Shown here: positions 52,797 through 62,650 of the stretch, one piece after another
How the letters are laid out: each line of letters begins with the position of its first letter
How positions within the stretch are numbered: position 1 is the first letter of the stretch
Source: an uncultured delta proteobacterium
Lineage (GTDB): Bacteria > Desulfobacterota > Desulfomonilia > Desulfomonilales > Desulfomonilaceae
Direction: 5' to 3'
Length of the DNA: 64,000 bases
Assembly: GCA_963789265.1 (NCBI GenBank)
Contig: CAWBKB010000003.1
Coordinates: 448,001 to 512,000, forward strand
The notes under the pieces: model-generated
What the model was told of the DNA's origin: nothing
What the model saw: only the letters and a program-made list of their open reading frames with translations
The model's database searches: none
Position numbers and translations under genes: made by a program

Positions 52797-53255
52797 ATGA
52801 ACGATCCATTGCGGATGACAGCGCAACGTCGTATTATGAAGGAGGAGTTGAGAGAACTTGGTACGCATGCAACTCCGAGTGGAATTTGTGAAATTGCTGG
52901 AAAACGCCTCTCCGGAATAAATCTTGGAACAATTTACCGTAACCTGGAGACAATATCAGAAATTGGGATGATTCAAAAACTGAGAACCGCAGGTACTCAA
53001 AAGCGTTTCGACGAATCCATGAAAAATCATTATGATGTACGCTGCATTAGGTGCGGCCGTGTAGACAAACTGCTCGTGGACCTGGGGCTTATGATTGATG
53101 AAGCTCTGGGCGCTATTAGCGACTATGAAATCCTGGGGCATCGCATCGAGTTTTACGGTCTGTGTCCGCAATGCCGGAAAGAACGCGAACCTGCTCGAGA
53201 GGGAGAAGCGCCCAGGATTGGGATTCCCGACGGGCCGATGAGCAACGTTGGATAG
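52797..53255 (+). CDS. Fur-family transcriptional regulator (PerR-like by context)
   Basis: MTAQR, LGTIYRNL, RFD, CIRC...GLCPQC; heads the rbr-dfx cluster. Confidence 0.9.
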   Translation: MNDPLRMTAQRRIMKEELRELGTHATPSGICEIAGKRLSGINLGTIYRNLETISEIGMIQKLRTAGTQKRFDESMKNHYDVRCIRCGRVDKLLVDLGLMIDEALGAISDYEILGHRIEFYGLCPQCRKEREPAREGEAPRIGIPDGPMSNVG

Positions 53256-53394
53256 GCAACCTATCGCTGCATCAAGACTCTGCGGACCTTTAGAAATCCG
53301 AGTCCGCTCTAATTGAGTGCTCAGGCTTAAGCCACATTAATCCGGTTCAAATTAGACAAGCAGACGAATTTAAGACAAGGAAGGAGACAATTTT

Positions 53395-53970
53395 ATGGCG
53401 GACTTAAAGGGATCCCAAACAGAAAAAAACCTACTTACGGCTTTCGCCGGTGAATCTCAGGCGAGGAATCGGTACACCTATTTCGCATCTAGGGCAAGAT
53501 CGGAAGGTTTGATTCAGATCGCTCAAATTTTTGAGGAGACGGCCGGCCAGGAGAAGGAACATGCTAAGAGGTTCTTTCAGCAACTCAAGGGAGGAGAAGT
53601 GCTTGTCCAAGTGGCGTTCCCCGCGGGAATCATAGGAAAAACCGCTGAGAATCTACAGGCGGCCGCGGAAGGGGAACATTACGAATGGTCCGAGATGTAT
53701 CCGGAATTTGCACGAATCGCCAGACAAGAAGGCTTCGAGGACGCTGCGAAAATATGGGATGCCGTTAGCGTGGCGGAACAACAGCATGAAAATAGATATC
53801 TTGGCCTGCTTGCCAATGTCGCCACTGGCAAAGTCTTCGAGAAGGATAAGCCGGTAGTATGGCGTTGCCTGAACTGCGGTTACACCCACGAGGGCGAGTA
53901 TGCTCCGAAAGTATGTCCGGCCTGCGCGCATCCTCAAGCATACTATGAAGTACTGGGTGCGAACTGGTAG
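53395..53970 (+). CDS. rbr: Rubrerythrin
   Basis: AFAGESQARNRY, EKEHA, WRCLNCGY...CPACAHP. Confidence 0.97.
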   Translation: MADLKGSQTEKNLLTAFAGESQARNRYTYFASRARSEGLIQIAQIFEETAGQEKEHAKRFFQQLKGGEVLVQVAFPAGIIGKTAENLQAAAEGEHYEWSEMYPEFARIARQEGFEDAAKIWDAVSVAEQQHENRYLGLLANVATGKVFEKDKPVVWRCLNCGYTHEGEYAPKVCPACAHPQAYYEVLGANW

Positions 53971-54052
53971 CTTTCGAGCTGCCTAAGCCGTGAAGCCGGG
54001 GCCTTGGCCCCACTGAATTAAATTCGGTCAAAATTTAAGGAGGTTTTTCTAA

Positions 54053-54424
54053 ATGACCGCTCTACTACAGATATTTAAGTGCGAAGTTTGCGGCAACATC
54101 GTCGAGATGGTCCATGAGGGGGTTGGAGAGTTGGTTTGTTGCGGCCAGCCGATGAAGCTTTTCGTCGAAAACACAGTGGATGCTGCCAAAGAGAAGCATG
54201 TCCCCGTGAAAGAAGTCTCCGCAGCCGGGCTCGCTGTCAAAGTCGGGAGCATTCCTCACCCAATGGAGGAGAAGCACTACATAGAGTGGGTTGAAATAGT
54301 GGCTGACGGCAAAGCCTATCGTCAATTTCTCAAACCTGGTCAAGCTCCCGAGGCTTTTTTCCCGGTGCAGGGACAATGGACTGCCCGGGAATATTGCAAT
54401 ATTCACGGCCTCTGGAAGGACTGA
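54053..54424 (+). CDS. dfx: Desulfoferrodoxin (superoxide reductase)
   Basis: CEVCGN...CCG, EKHVP, HPM, HYIEW, CNIHGLW. Confidence 0.97.
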   Translation: MTALLQIFKCEVCGNIVEMVHEGVGELVCCGQPMKLFVENTVDAAKEKHVPVKEVSAAGLAVKVGSIPHPMEEKHYIEWVEIVADGKAYRQFLKPGQAPEAFFPVQGQWTAREYCNIHGLWKD

Positions 54425-54742
54425 CATTGGAAAAAAGGCTGATTGGCCGGTGGAGAGGGCACAAGCGCCAATTTAAGGCAATTTTGCTGCTTTTTAATGG
54501 GCTATGTGTCATCAAAGTCCCCCTTTTCTAAAGGGGCGAACCCCGCGTTCAGCAAGTAAGTTAGCGCTTATCAACGGATAACCGGAACGAGCGCGGCACG
54601 CATTGACAAACCGGATCCATGTTCCTGAAATGCTGCCGGCCATCTCGCTGAATTGGGGACGACCTTTCGTTTCGAACGCGTGACCTGTGGAACCGGTGGT
54701 ACGGCCTCTCACCGGCCTGTGGACGCCATCGCGGAGCGGAGA

Positions 54743-55342
54743 ATGAAGCTCTTAAACTACTCAATGGCCCTCGCGGCGAGTCTTGTCTTTGTGATTCCCG
54801 GTCTTGCTGCTGCACCGGATTCGATTACCCTGGATGCTGGAGCTCTGGCAGAGATCCGACTTGCCATACCCAAGACCGCTGCTGCAAAAAAGTATCTCGG
54901 TCTCGCCGGCGCGGCCACGTTCACAATACCTCAGATCAAGGCCGACACGGTCATAATCGAGATTTTCAATATGTACTGCCCGGTATGCCAAGCCGAAGCT
55001 CCATCTGTTAATGCACTCTATCGGTTGATTGAAAGAACCCCTCGGCTGAAGAGTAAGGTCAAACTCATAGGCATTGGCGTAGGCAATTCTCCTTTCGAGG
55101 TCGAGGTGTTCAGGAAGAAATACAACGTATCGTTCCCTCTTTTGCCGGACCGGAAGATTGCCATCGGTAAGGCAATCTCCGGACCGATCAAAACCCCGAC
55201 ATTTATTGCGGTCAGACCCGACGGCAGGAAAAGTCTTCACGTGTATGTCACCCATGTTGGCAAGATCGGGCCCAAGCAATTACTTAGCACGGTAATGGCG
55301 GCACAGAGTCGGAGACAGCGAGGAAACCTTCATGGTCGCTAA
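54743..55342 (+). CDS. Exported TlpA/thioredoxin-like protein
   Basis: Signal peptide, FNMYCPVC, cis-Pro TP motif. Confidence 0.85.
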   Translation: MKLLNYSMALAASLVFVIPGLAAAPDSITLDAGALAEIRLAIPKTAAAKKYLGLAGAATFTIPQIKADTVIIEIFNMYCPVCQAEAPSVNALYRLIERTPRLKSKVKLIGIGVGNSPFEVEVFRKKYNVSFPLLPDRKIAIGKAISGPIKTPTFIAVRPDGRKSLHVYVTHVGKIGPKQLLSTVMAAQSRRQRGNLHGR

Positions 55343-55941
55343 TAGGAAACAATGCTTGATATTGGCCTTGATTGGTGCACTTGCTCTGTTGGGTTGTTAC
55401 TCCGAGGTGTGTGCCGAGCCGGTTGGATTTGGTGCCGAGATCTATAATCCCGGGCATTTGAAACCCACTGACAGCAATGTCACGTTAAAGGTCGGCGATC
55501 AAGCGCCGGATTTCGTGCTACCGTCCATTTCAGGGAATAAGATCACTCTCCGCGAATACCCGCGGCAAGAAGAACGTGGTCCTGTCTTTTGTTCCGGCAG
55601 CTTGGACGCCTGTTTGTTCGCATCAGTGGCCGGGTTACAACATTGCAAAAGACATCTTCGACAAAAATGATGCTGAACTGATAGGAATTAGCGTGGATAA
55701 TATCCCTACGCTATATGTATGGACCAAACAAATGGGGAAACTATGGTTTCCGGTGGTTTCCGACTTCTGGCCGCACGGGGCCGTGGCCAAGAGCTACGGT
55801 GTGCTAAGGAGCAGCGGCACTTCGGAAAGGGCCCTTTTCGTCATCGACAAGCAGGGCCGCATTAGATACATTGATGTACATGACATTAATACAATGCCGA
55901 AGCTTGAAGATCTGGACAACTCATTGGAAAAGCTTAAATAG
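55332..55941 (+). CDS. Exported peroxiredoxin (AhpC/TSA family), frameshifted near 55560
   Basis: Signal peptide and LKVGDQAPDF in the first frame; FVPAAWTPVC (PxxxTxxC), SDFWPHG and ERALF in the second. Confidence 0.88.
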
Positions 55942-55980
55942 TTATGTTTTCTGATCCCATAGAGCGGAGGGGAGGGACTA

Positions 55981-57507
55981 ATGAGAACACCCAGATATTT
56001 CCGATTGCCTTGTCTGATTTTTCTCGCTCTGTTGGGCGCCGCTCTCCTGTTGGGCGCCGCGAAAGTGCAGAAGGCCCCTGTAAGCGATGAAACCCAGAAC
56101 TGTATTGATTGTCACTCCTCCGAGACACCGGCCATGATTGCGGATTGGAAAAGAAGTCGCCATGCGCAGATCACGCCGGCTGATGCTCTAAAGAAGCCTG
56201 AGGACCAGAGGCTTGTTTCCGCGAAGAAAATCCCCGAGAAACTCGCCGGGGTTACAGTCGGTTGTGCCGAATGTCACATGCTCAACCCCGAAGCGCACAA
56301 AGACACCTTTGAACACAACGGCCAAAAGGTGCACCTTACTGTTACCCCTAAAGACTGCTCCACCTGCCACCCGATCGAAGTCTCTCAATTCAAGAGAAAC
56401 CTGATGTCACACACGCGCGTGAACCTTGTAGATAATCCGGTCTTCCAGACACTAGAAAAAACAATTGACGGCACCCAGTCGTTGCAAGGCATGAAATCCA
56501 CCATCGCTGCTCCTAACGAAACAACGACCTCCGGCTCTTGTTACTGGTGTCACGGAACCGCTCTGGAAGTCAAAGGCAAACAAACCAGAGATACGGACCA
56601 GGGAAAAATGGAATTCCCGGTGCTATCAGGGTGGCCCAATGACGGAGTGGGGCGGTTTAATCCGGATGGCAGCAAAGGGTCTTGTTCCGCGTGCCATCCC
56701 CGGCACCAATTTTCGATTACCGTAGCCCGCAAGCCGTACATCTGCTCCCAGTGCCATAAGGGCCCCGACGTCCCGGCTGACCAGGTTTATGAGGTCAGTA
56801 AGCACCACGGTGTGTTCGCGGGGCTCTGGGCGGAATGGAATTTTAAACACGTCCCCTGGACGGTCGGCAAGGATTTTGCCGCCCCGACCTGCGCCACGTG
56901 CCATGTCAGCCGGGTGGTGACCGCCGAGGGGGATCTCGTGGCCAAAAGGACCCACCAGATGAACGACCGACTTCCGTGGAGACTCTTTGGCTTGTATTAC
57001 GCTCATCCTCACCCGAAATCTCCTAACACTTCAATAATAAGGAATAAGGACGGCTTGCCGTTGCCGACCAGTCTGGACGGAGAGCCTGCCAAAGATTTTC
57101 TGATTAGCCGTGAGGAGCAGACCAAGCGGCGGAAGACACTTCAGAAAGTTTGCCGATCATGCCATACCCCGGACTGGGTTGCCGGCCACTGGGCGCATTT
57201 GGAAAATGCCATAAAAACTAGTAATAAGATGACGTTGACCGCGACACAGGTACTGCAAAAGGCATGGGATGACAAAGTAGCTGACAAGAGTAATATGTTT
57301 GATGAGGCCATAGAGAAAATGTGGGTTCAGCAATGGCTCTTCTACGCCAACTCGACCCGTTTTGCCTCTGCTATGATGGGGGCAGACTACGGGGTATTTG
57401 CCAACGGCCGATGGCACATGACCAAGAATATCCAGGACATGCTGGACCGCCTGAAGTTCCTGCTTGGAACAAAAGGCAAAGGGCTTTCAGCCCCGTCCAA
57501 ACGATGA
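55981..57507 (+). CDS. Octaheme cytochrome c, hydroxylamine-oxidoreductase-like
   Basis: Signal peptide and eight CxxCH motifs (CIDCH, CAECH, CSTCH, CYWCH, CSACH, CSQCH, CATCH, CRSCH); GRFNPDGSKGSC. Confidence 0.9.
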   Translation: MRTPRYFRLPCLIFLALLGAALLLGAAKVQKAPVSDETQNCIDCHSSETPAMIADWKRSRHAQITPADALKKPEDQRLVSAKKIPEKLAGVTVGCAECHMLNPEAHKDTFEHNGQKVHLTVTPKDCSTCHPIEVSQFKRNLMSHTRVNLVDNPVFQTLEKTIDGTQSLQGMKSTIAAPNETTTSGSCYWCHGTALEVKGKQTRDTDQGKMEFPVLSGWPNDGVGRFNPDGSKGSCSACHPRHQFSITVARKPYICSQCHKGPDVPADQVYEVSKHHGVFAGLWAEWNFKHVPWTVGKDFAAPTCATCHVSRVVTAEGDLVAKRTHQMNDRLPWRLFGLYYAHPHPKSPNTSIIRNKDGLPLPTSLDGEPAKDFLISREEQTKRRKTLQKVCRSCHTPDWVAGHWAHLENAIKTSNKMTLTATQVLQKAWDDKVADKSNMFDEAIEKMWVQQWLFYANSTRFASAMMGADYGVFANGRWHMTKNIQDMLDRLKFLLGTKGKGLSAPSKR

Positions 57508-57536
57508 TAGGCGCTTGAAAAGGATAAAGAGAACTT

Positions 57537-57707
57537 ATGGAAAAGAATACGTGGAAGTGTCAGAAGTGTGGCTATACGTTTGAGGTTGAGACGGAAGCGG
57601 CGCCGCCTGAAACTTGCCCCGATTGCAAGGAAAAGTGTGAGTTCCTTAACGTCACCTGCTACATTCCGGATTGCGGCAAGACCGGACAGGACACCCGCCT
57701 GGGATGA
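57537..57707 (+). CDS. Small rubredoxin-like metal-binding protein (56 aa)
   Basis: Manual translation MEKNTWKCQKCGYTFEVETEAAPPETCPDCKEKCEFLNVTCYIPDCGKTGQDTRLG; below the ORF-track cutoff. Confidence 0.85.
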   Translation: MEKNTWKCQKCGYTFEVETEAAPPETCPDCKEKCEFLNVTCYIPDCGKTGQDTRLG

Positions 57708-57712
57708 GTGGA

Positions 57713-58312
57713 ATGAAAGTTCTGGGGATTTACGGCAGCCCTCGCAAAGGGGGAAACACCGACATCTTGTTGGACAAGGTTCTCGACGGTGCTCGATCCG
57801 CAGGAGCCGAAGTCTCGGTCATACGCTGCTGCGACTTGAACATGGCCGGCTGTGTGGAGTGCGGAGGCTGCAACGACACGGGTGAGTGCGTGGTTGACGA
57901 TGATATGCAGCTTGTCTATCCGCGCCTTTTGGAGGCAAGAATCATATTCCTGGCCTCTCCTATGTTTTTCTACGGCATCACCTCTCAGGCAAAGGCCGTA
58001 ATCGATCGTTGCCAGGCAATGTGGTGCCGAAGGATGCTGGATAAGACTCCGGCGGAGAGAAAGACCTACGATGGAGGCCAAGGATATCTTATCTCGGTAG
58101 GCGCTACAAGAGGGACAAATCTTTTCGAGGGTGCCCAACTCGTGGCCAAATACTTCTTTGATGCACTGGACATGGGCTATGACGGCGGCATATTCATGAA
58201 GTCGGTGGATCGCAAAGGGGAGATAGTCAAACATCCCGAGGCACTCGAGCAGGCCCTGGAGCTGGGCCGAGACGCGGTTGCGAAATGCCGTAGCCTAGCG
58301 GGCCGAGGATGA
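57713..58312 (+). CDS. Iron-sulfur flavoprotein / NADPH-dependent FMN reductase family
   Basis: GSPRKGGNT, CVECGGCxxxxxC, ASPMFF. Confidence 0.9.
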   Translation: MKVLGIYGSPRKGGNTDILLDKVLDGARSAGAEVSVIRCCDLNMAGCVECGGCNDTGECVVDDDMQLVYPRLLEARIIFLASPMFFYGITSQAKAVIDRCQAMWCRRMLDKTPAERKTYDGGQGYLISVGATRGTNLFEGAQLVAKYFFDALDMGYDGGIFMKSVDRKGEIVKHPEALEQALELGRDAVAKCRSLAGRG

Positions 58313-58461
58313 AGCTTTCGCAAAGGATCATCCTCGGCGCATAGAGCGTGCCTTTGGCTGAGCGGGCTCGGAATCAGGGAGGTAATGGTTGCCTTCTTGC
58401 GAGATTAGAAAATGACGATCAATATTCGATGAAACGACACCTATGGAGGGTAACGTCAACA

Positions 58462-58917
58462 ATGCCAAAAGTCCTCATCGCCTACGCCAGCCGGACCGGT
58501 CAAACAAAAAACATTGCCGAACTTATAGCTGAAGGCGTCAGGTTCACCGGAGTGGAGGCCAAAGTCTTCGACGCCAACGCCTTGGACGCCAAATTCCTGA
58601 TCCATCCGGAAGACTTCGCCGATTACGATGCGTATATATTCGGTTCGCCCACCTATCACGGTGAAATGATGCAGGCTATGAAGACTCTTCTTTTTTTGGC
58701 TGCCCAGATAAATGTGGAGGGGAAAACCGGTGGATCGTTCGGCGCTTACGGTTGGAGCGGTGAAGCCGCGGATCGAATTTACGATACCATGCAGAATGTG
58801 TTTAGAATGGACATGGTGGGCTCGCCGCTGAAGTTGAAATCAGCGTCATTGCAAGGAGCGTTACAGATGGCCCAGGACTACGGCCGAGCCGTCGGAAGGA
58901 AGGTCGGCGGCAAATGA
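58462..58917 (+). CDS. Flavodoxin (FprA-type domain)
   Basis: YASRTGQT, GSPTY, GAYGWSGEA; GGAGG Shine-Dalgarno. Confidence 0.9.
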   Translation: MPKVLIAYASRTGQTKNIAELIAEGVRFTGVEAKVFDANALDAKFLIHPEDFADYDAYIFGSPTYHGEMMQAMKTLLFLAAQINVEGKTGGSFGAYGWSGEAADRIYDTMQNVFRMDMVGSPLKLKSASLQGALQMAQDYGRAVGRKVGGK

Positions 58918-59067
58918 GCACCCGAAAAAGCACCATTTCTATGGGCACGATCTTATCTGCGATTGATGAGCGGCGCGGCTCGCAACGCGGATGAGGAAGT
59001 TGTGTGGAACTGCTAATGACTTGGGCCTCGTTTAGAGGTCAATGCATAACTATAATCGGAGGAAGAA

Positions 59068-59226
59068 ATGCAGAAGTATGTGTGTCAAGTTTGCGGTTAT
59101 GTCTATGACCCGGCTGTCGGAGATCCGGATAACGGCGTGAGTCCCAACACTGCGTTTGACGATTTGCCCGCTGATTGGGTTTGCCCGGTGTGCGGAGCTG
59201 ATAAGGAGAGTTTTTCGCCCGAATAA
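59068..59226 (+). CDS. rub: Rubredoxin (52 aa)
   Basis: Manual translation [57 protein letters not shown] Shine-Dalgarno. Confidence 0.97.
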   Translation: MQKYVCQVCGYVYDPAVGDPDNGVSPNTAFDDLPADWVCPVCGADKESFSPE

Positions 59227-59375
59227 ACAGCGTTCACGTTACCGGTTGTGACAATTCAAGCTTCAACTATTCCAGTGAGGGCTTGCTATTGCAACGGCTA
59301 ATTGTGTTGTTGGTCGCTAACAGATAGAGTGTGAAGCTATTCCATTCATACTTGAAATTTCTACGGAGGATAAGA

Positions 59376-60566
59376 TTGCGAATCAACGTTGAAATAAAGA
59401 AAGATATTCATTGGGTCGGCGCGGTAGACTGGAACATTCGGGATTTTCACGGATATTCAACCGAAAAAGGGACCACTTACAACGCGTATCTTGTCATTGA
59501 TAACAAAGTAACGCTCTTTGACACGGTTAAGAAACCTTTCAAGAACGATCTGCTTCATTGCATTTACAAGGTGATTGAACCGTCCAAGATCGACTACCTG
59601 GTGGTAAACCACGTTGAACCCGATCATTCCGGCTCTCTTGCTGAAATGATGGAGGTGATTAAGCCTGAGAAACTGTTCTGTTCTCCGAGAGGTAAAAAGG
59701 CCCTGCTTGAACACTATCATCGGGAGGACTGGCCCTACGAAGTAATAGGATCGGGGCAGGAGACAAGTCTTGGAAAACGGACAGTCCAATTTGTTGAGAC
59801 AAGGATGGTTCATTGGCCGGACAGCATGTTTTCTTATATCAAGGAAGATGCGCTGCTCATTTCAAACGATGCGTTCGGGCAACACTGGGCGACCAGCGAG
59901 CGCTTCAACGATGAAGTGGATTCCGCCGAACTCATGAAGCACGCAGCCAAGGACTATGCCAATATACTTTTGCCATATTCGGCCCTCATTCAGAAATTGA
60001 TCGACAACGTCCGGAAAATGGACCTGAAAATTGACATGATAGCACCGGACCACGGTCTGATCTGGCGTCACAATCCTTTGCAGATCGTGGCCTCCTATGC
60101 TGAATGGAGCCGTCAGGCCCCAAGGCGAAAGGCTATCGTTGTTTACGACACCATGTGGCACAGCACTGAAACCATGGCAAAAGCCGTTGCCGACGGACTG
60201 GTGCAGGGCGGAGTTTCTACTAAGCTACTGCATTTAGGAGTGAATCATCGAAGCAATGTCATAACGGAATTGCTCGACGCGGGAGCAGTGATCCTCGGCT
60301 CGTCTACGCTTAACAACGGCATGCTGCCCAGGATGGCCGACATGCTCTGCTATATGAAGGGGTTGCGACCACTAAACAAAATCGGGGCCGCTTTCGGCTC
60401 TTATGGCTGGAGTGGCGAGGCGGTCAGATTAATGACCAAGGCACTGGAGGAGATGAAGATCAAGATTGTTCATCCGGGAGTTAACCTCCGATATGTTCCC
60501 GTGCATGACGGTCTACGGCAATGCGTGGACATGGGGCGTGATATAGCCAAGGCGTTGACGGCGTGA
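59376..60566 (+). CDS. fprA: Flavodiiron protein (rubredoxin:oxygen/NO oxidoreductase)
   Basis: HVEPDHSG, HWPD, NDAFGQH, PDHG and C-terminal flavodoxin domain; TTG start after GGAGG. Confidence 0.95.
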   Translation: MRINVEIKKDIHWVGAVDWNIRDFHGYSTEKGTTYNAYLVIDNKVTLFDTVKKPFKNDLLHCIYKVIEPSKIDYLVVNHVEPDHSGSLAEMMEVIKPEKLFCSPRGKKALLEHYHREDWPYEVIGSGQETSLGKRTVQFVETRMVHWPDSMFSYIKEDALLISNDAFGQHWATSERFNDEVDSAELMKHAAKDYANILLPYSALIQKLIDNVRKMDLKIDMIAPDHGLIWRHNPLQIVASYAEWSRQAPRRKAIVVYDTMWHSTETMAKAVADGLVQGGVSTKLLHLGVNHRSNVITELLDAGAVILGSSTLNNGMLPRMADMLCYMKGLRPLNKIGAAFGSYGWSGEAVRLMTKALEEMKIKIVHPGVNLRYVPVHDGLRQCVDMGRDIAKALTA

Positions 60567-61279
60567 TGTCTATGGGAGGCCGCTGCCTGAAGCAAACCGT
60601 TCTCAAGTTGCTTGAGACGGATGATTTTGATGCGAGCCTCCATGACATCTGTGAATTCCCCGCACGCCAAGTGATCAATCCGCTGTTTTCTTTCCTCTCG
60701 CATAAAGACGAGAAGCTTCGATGGCGGGCGATTGCTGCAATGGGCGTTGTAGTCGAGAATCTTGCCCGACATGACATGGAAGCGGCCCGAGTCATTATGC
60801 GCAGGCTCATGTGGAGCCTCAACGAGGAGTCAGGCGGTATCGGATGGGGCGCCCCCGAGGCTATGGGGGAAATTATGGCCCGGCATGAAGGGCTTGCCCG
60901 CGAGTACTCCCATATACTGATTTCATACATGGATTACGATGGAAATTTCCTGGAATACGAAGGTCTGCAACGCGGTTTGCTCTGGGGTTTGGTGCGATTA
61001 GCCCACGTTAGGCCGCAGATGCTGTCGAAAGCCGATAGTCATCTTGATAAGTATCTGGAATCGGACGACGCGACCATTAAGGCTTTGGCTGCATGGGCCG
61101 CTGGATTACTGAGAGTCGAGAATGCGAGGCCAAAGCTGAGATTGCTGTTGACCGACAATTCCCAACTACGACTTTACATTGACAACAAGTTTTTGACTAT
61201 GGGTGTACGTGATCTGGCCGAAAAAGCTTTGGTCCTGTTAGAAGGAGGCAGCGAATGTCATACCCACTTATGGGGATGA
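60563..61279 (+). CDS. HEAT-repeat protein (DVU0298-like)
   Basis: RRLMWSLNEESGGIGWGAPEAMGEI motif, helical repeats. Confidence 0.8.
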   Translation: MMSMGGRCLKQTVLKLLETDDFDASLHDICEFPARQVINPLFSFLSHKDEKLRWRAIAAMGVVVENLARHDMEAARVIMRRLMWSLNEESGGIGWGAPEAMGEIMARHEGLAREYSHILISYMDYDGNFLEYEGLQRGLLWGLVRLAHVRPQMLSKADSHLDKYLESDDATIKALAAWAAGLLRVENARPKLRLLLTDNSQLRLYIDNKFLTMGVRDLAEKALVLLEGGSECHTHLWG

Positions 61280-61296
61280 TCGGCCTCTGAAAGGAG

Positions 61297-62643
61297 ATGT
61301 TCCTTATGGATGTAGTTTTGCTTTCAAGACTACAATTCGCGTGCGCCACCTTGTTTCACTTTCTGTTTGTCCCTTTGACTCTGGGCCTGTCGATCTTGCT
61401 GGCCATTATGGAGACAATATATGTGAAAACAGGCGACGAAGAATACAAACGGATGGTCAAGTTTTGGGGCAGGATCTTTATCATCAATTTTGTAGTAGGA
61501 GTCGTCACCGGCATCACATTGGAATTCCAGTTCGGCACGAACTGGGCGGGCTACTCAAAGTACGTCGGGGATGTCTTCGGGTCTGCTCTCGCGATTGAGG
61601 CCACCGTTGCTTTTGCTCTGGAATCCACCTTCGTTGCGATATGGCTTTTCGGTTGGAACCGGGTATCACTCAAGCTTCATGCAATGTGTATATGGCTTGT
61701 AGCAATCGCAGCGAGCCTCTCCGCTTACTGGATTCTGGTTGCAAACTCGTGGATGCAGCATCCCGTGGGTTACGCCATCCGCGGAGGCAGAGCCGAGCTT
61801 GTTGATTTCTGGGCGGTGATAACTCAAAAATTTGCTGTCCTGACCTATTTGCACGTGACATTCGCGGGTTACACGGTCGCGGGTTTCTTTGTGATGGGGG
61901 TAAGTGCTTACCACATACTGCGTAAGAATGACCTTTCATTCTTCTTCAAGTCCTTCAGGATAGCTCTGGTCTTTTCCCTGGTTTTTTCCATTGGAGAAGT
62001 GTTCGTCGGAGACTCTAACGGTAAGCTTATCGGCAAACTGCAGCTCACAAAGCTCGCGGCGGCAGAATCGCAATGGAACACCGCCAGAGGGGTCCCTTTT
62101 TCTCTCCTGCTGATTCCGGATGAGGCAAATGAGCGAAACCTCGTGGAGGCATTTCAGTTGCCCAAGTTCATGAGTTGGCTTGTTTACGACAATTGGAACG
62201 CAGAGGTCAAAGGGCTAAAGGATTGGCCCAAGAAGGATAGGCCTCCGGTTACGTTAGTATTCTGGGCTTTCAGATTCATGGTGGGGCTCGGCTTTTTGTT
62301 CGTTATTTTGACCCTGATCGGCTTGTTCAAGAGAAACAAGCTGGAAGACAGTACCCGCTATCTGAGAATTATGATGTACGCAATCCCATTACCCTATATT
62401 GCGTCCGAGTTGGGGTGGATAGTAACGGAGGTCGGACGCCAGCCTTGGATAGTCTACGACGTGATGCGGAGATCTGAAGCGGTATCACCGATTGCCGCCA
62501 GCCAGGTTGCGATGTCGCTGGCAGCTTTCATTGTGCTTTACTCTCTGCTTGGGTTTGCGGCTTTTGCTCTTATGGTGAGAATTATTCGCCAGGGGCCTCC
62601 TGCCGGATCTGCGGGAGTGGCAGAGGTCAGGAAAGGAGGCTGA
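61297..62643 (+). CDS. cydA: Cytochrome bd quinol oxidase subunit I
   Basis: SRLQFA...FHFLFVP, EFQFGTNW, KLAAAE, EVGRQPW. Confidence 0.97.
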   Translation: MFLMDVVLLSRLQFACATLFHFLFVPLTLGLSILLAIMETIYVKTGDEEYKRMVKFWGRIFIINFVVGVVTGITLEFQFGTNWAGYSKYVGDVFGSALAIEATVAFALESTFVAIWLFGWNRVSLKLHAMCIWLVAIAASLSAYWILVANSWMQHPVGYAIRGGRAELVDFWAVITQKFAVLTYLHVTFAGYTVAGFFVMGVSAYHILRKNDLSFFFKSFRIALVFSLVFSIGEVFVGDSNGKLIGKLQLTKLAAAESQWNTARGVPFSLLLIPDEANERNLVEAFQLPKFMSWLVYDNWNAEVKGLKDWPKKDRPPVTLVFWAFRFMVGLGFLFVILTLIGLFKRNKLEDSTRYLRIMMYAIPLPYIASELGWIVTEVGRQPWIVYDVMRRSEAVSPIAASQVAMSLAAFIVLYSLLGFAAFALMVRIIRQGPPAGSAGVAEVRKGG

Positions 62644-62650
62644 AGAAACA

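Noticed and set aside
54512..54540. CCCCTTT-TCT-AAAGGGG hairpin after dfx
   Set aside because: Real but short; probably a terminator-like or eroded repeat, too little to classify.
55332..55941. Selenocysteine read-through or programmed frameshift as the cause of the split peroxiredoxin
   Set aside because: The split is a frame change in a C run, not an in-frame TGA; the catalytic residue is a TGT Cys; there is no slippery heptamer.
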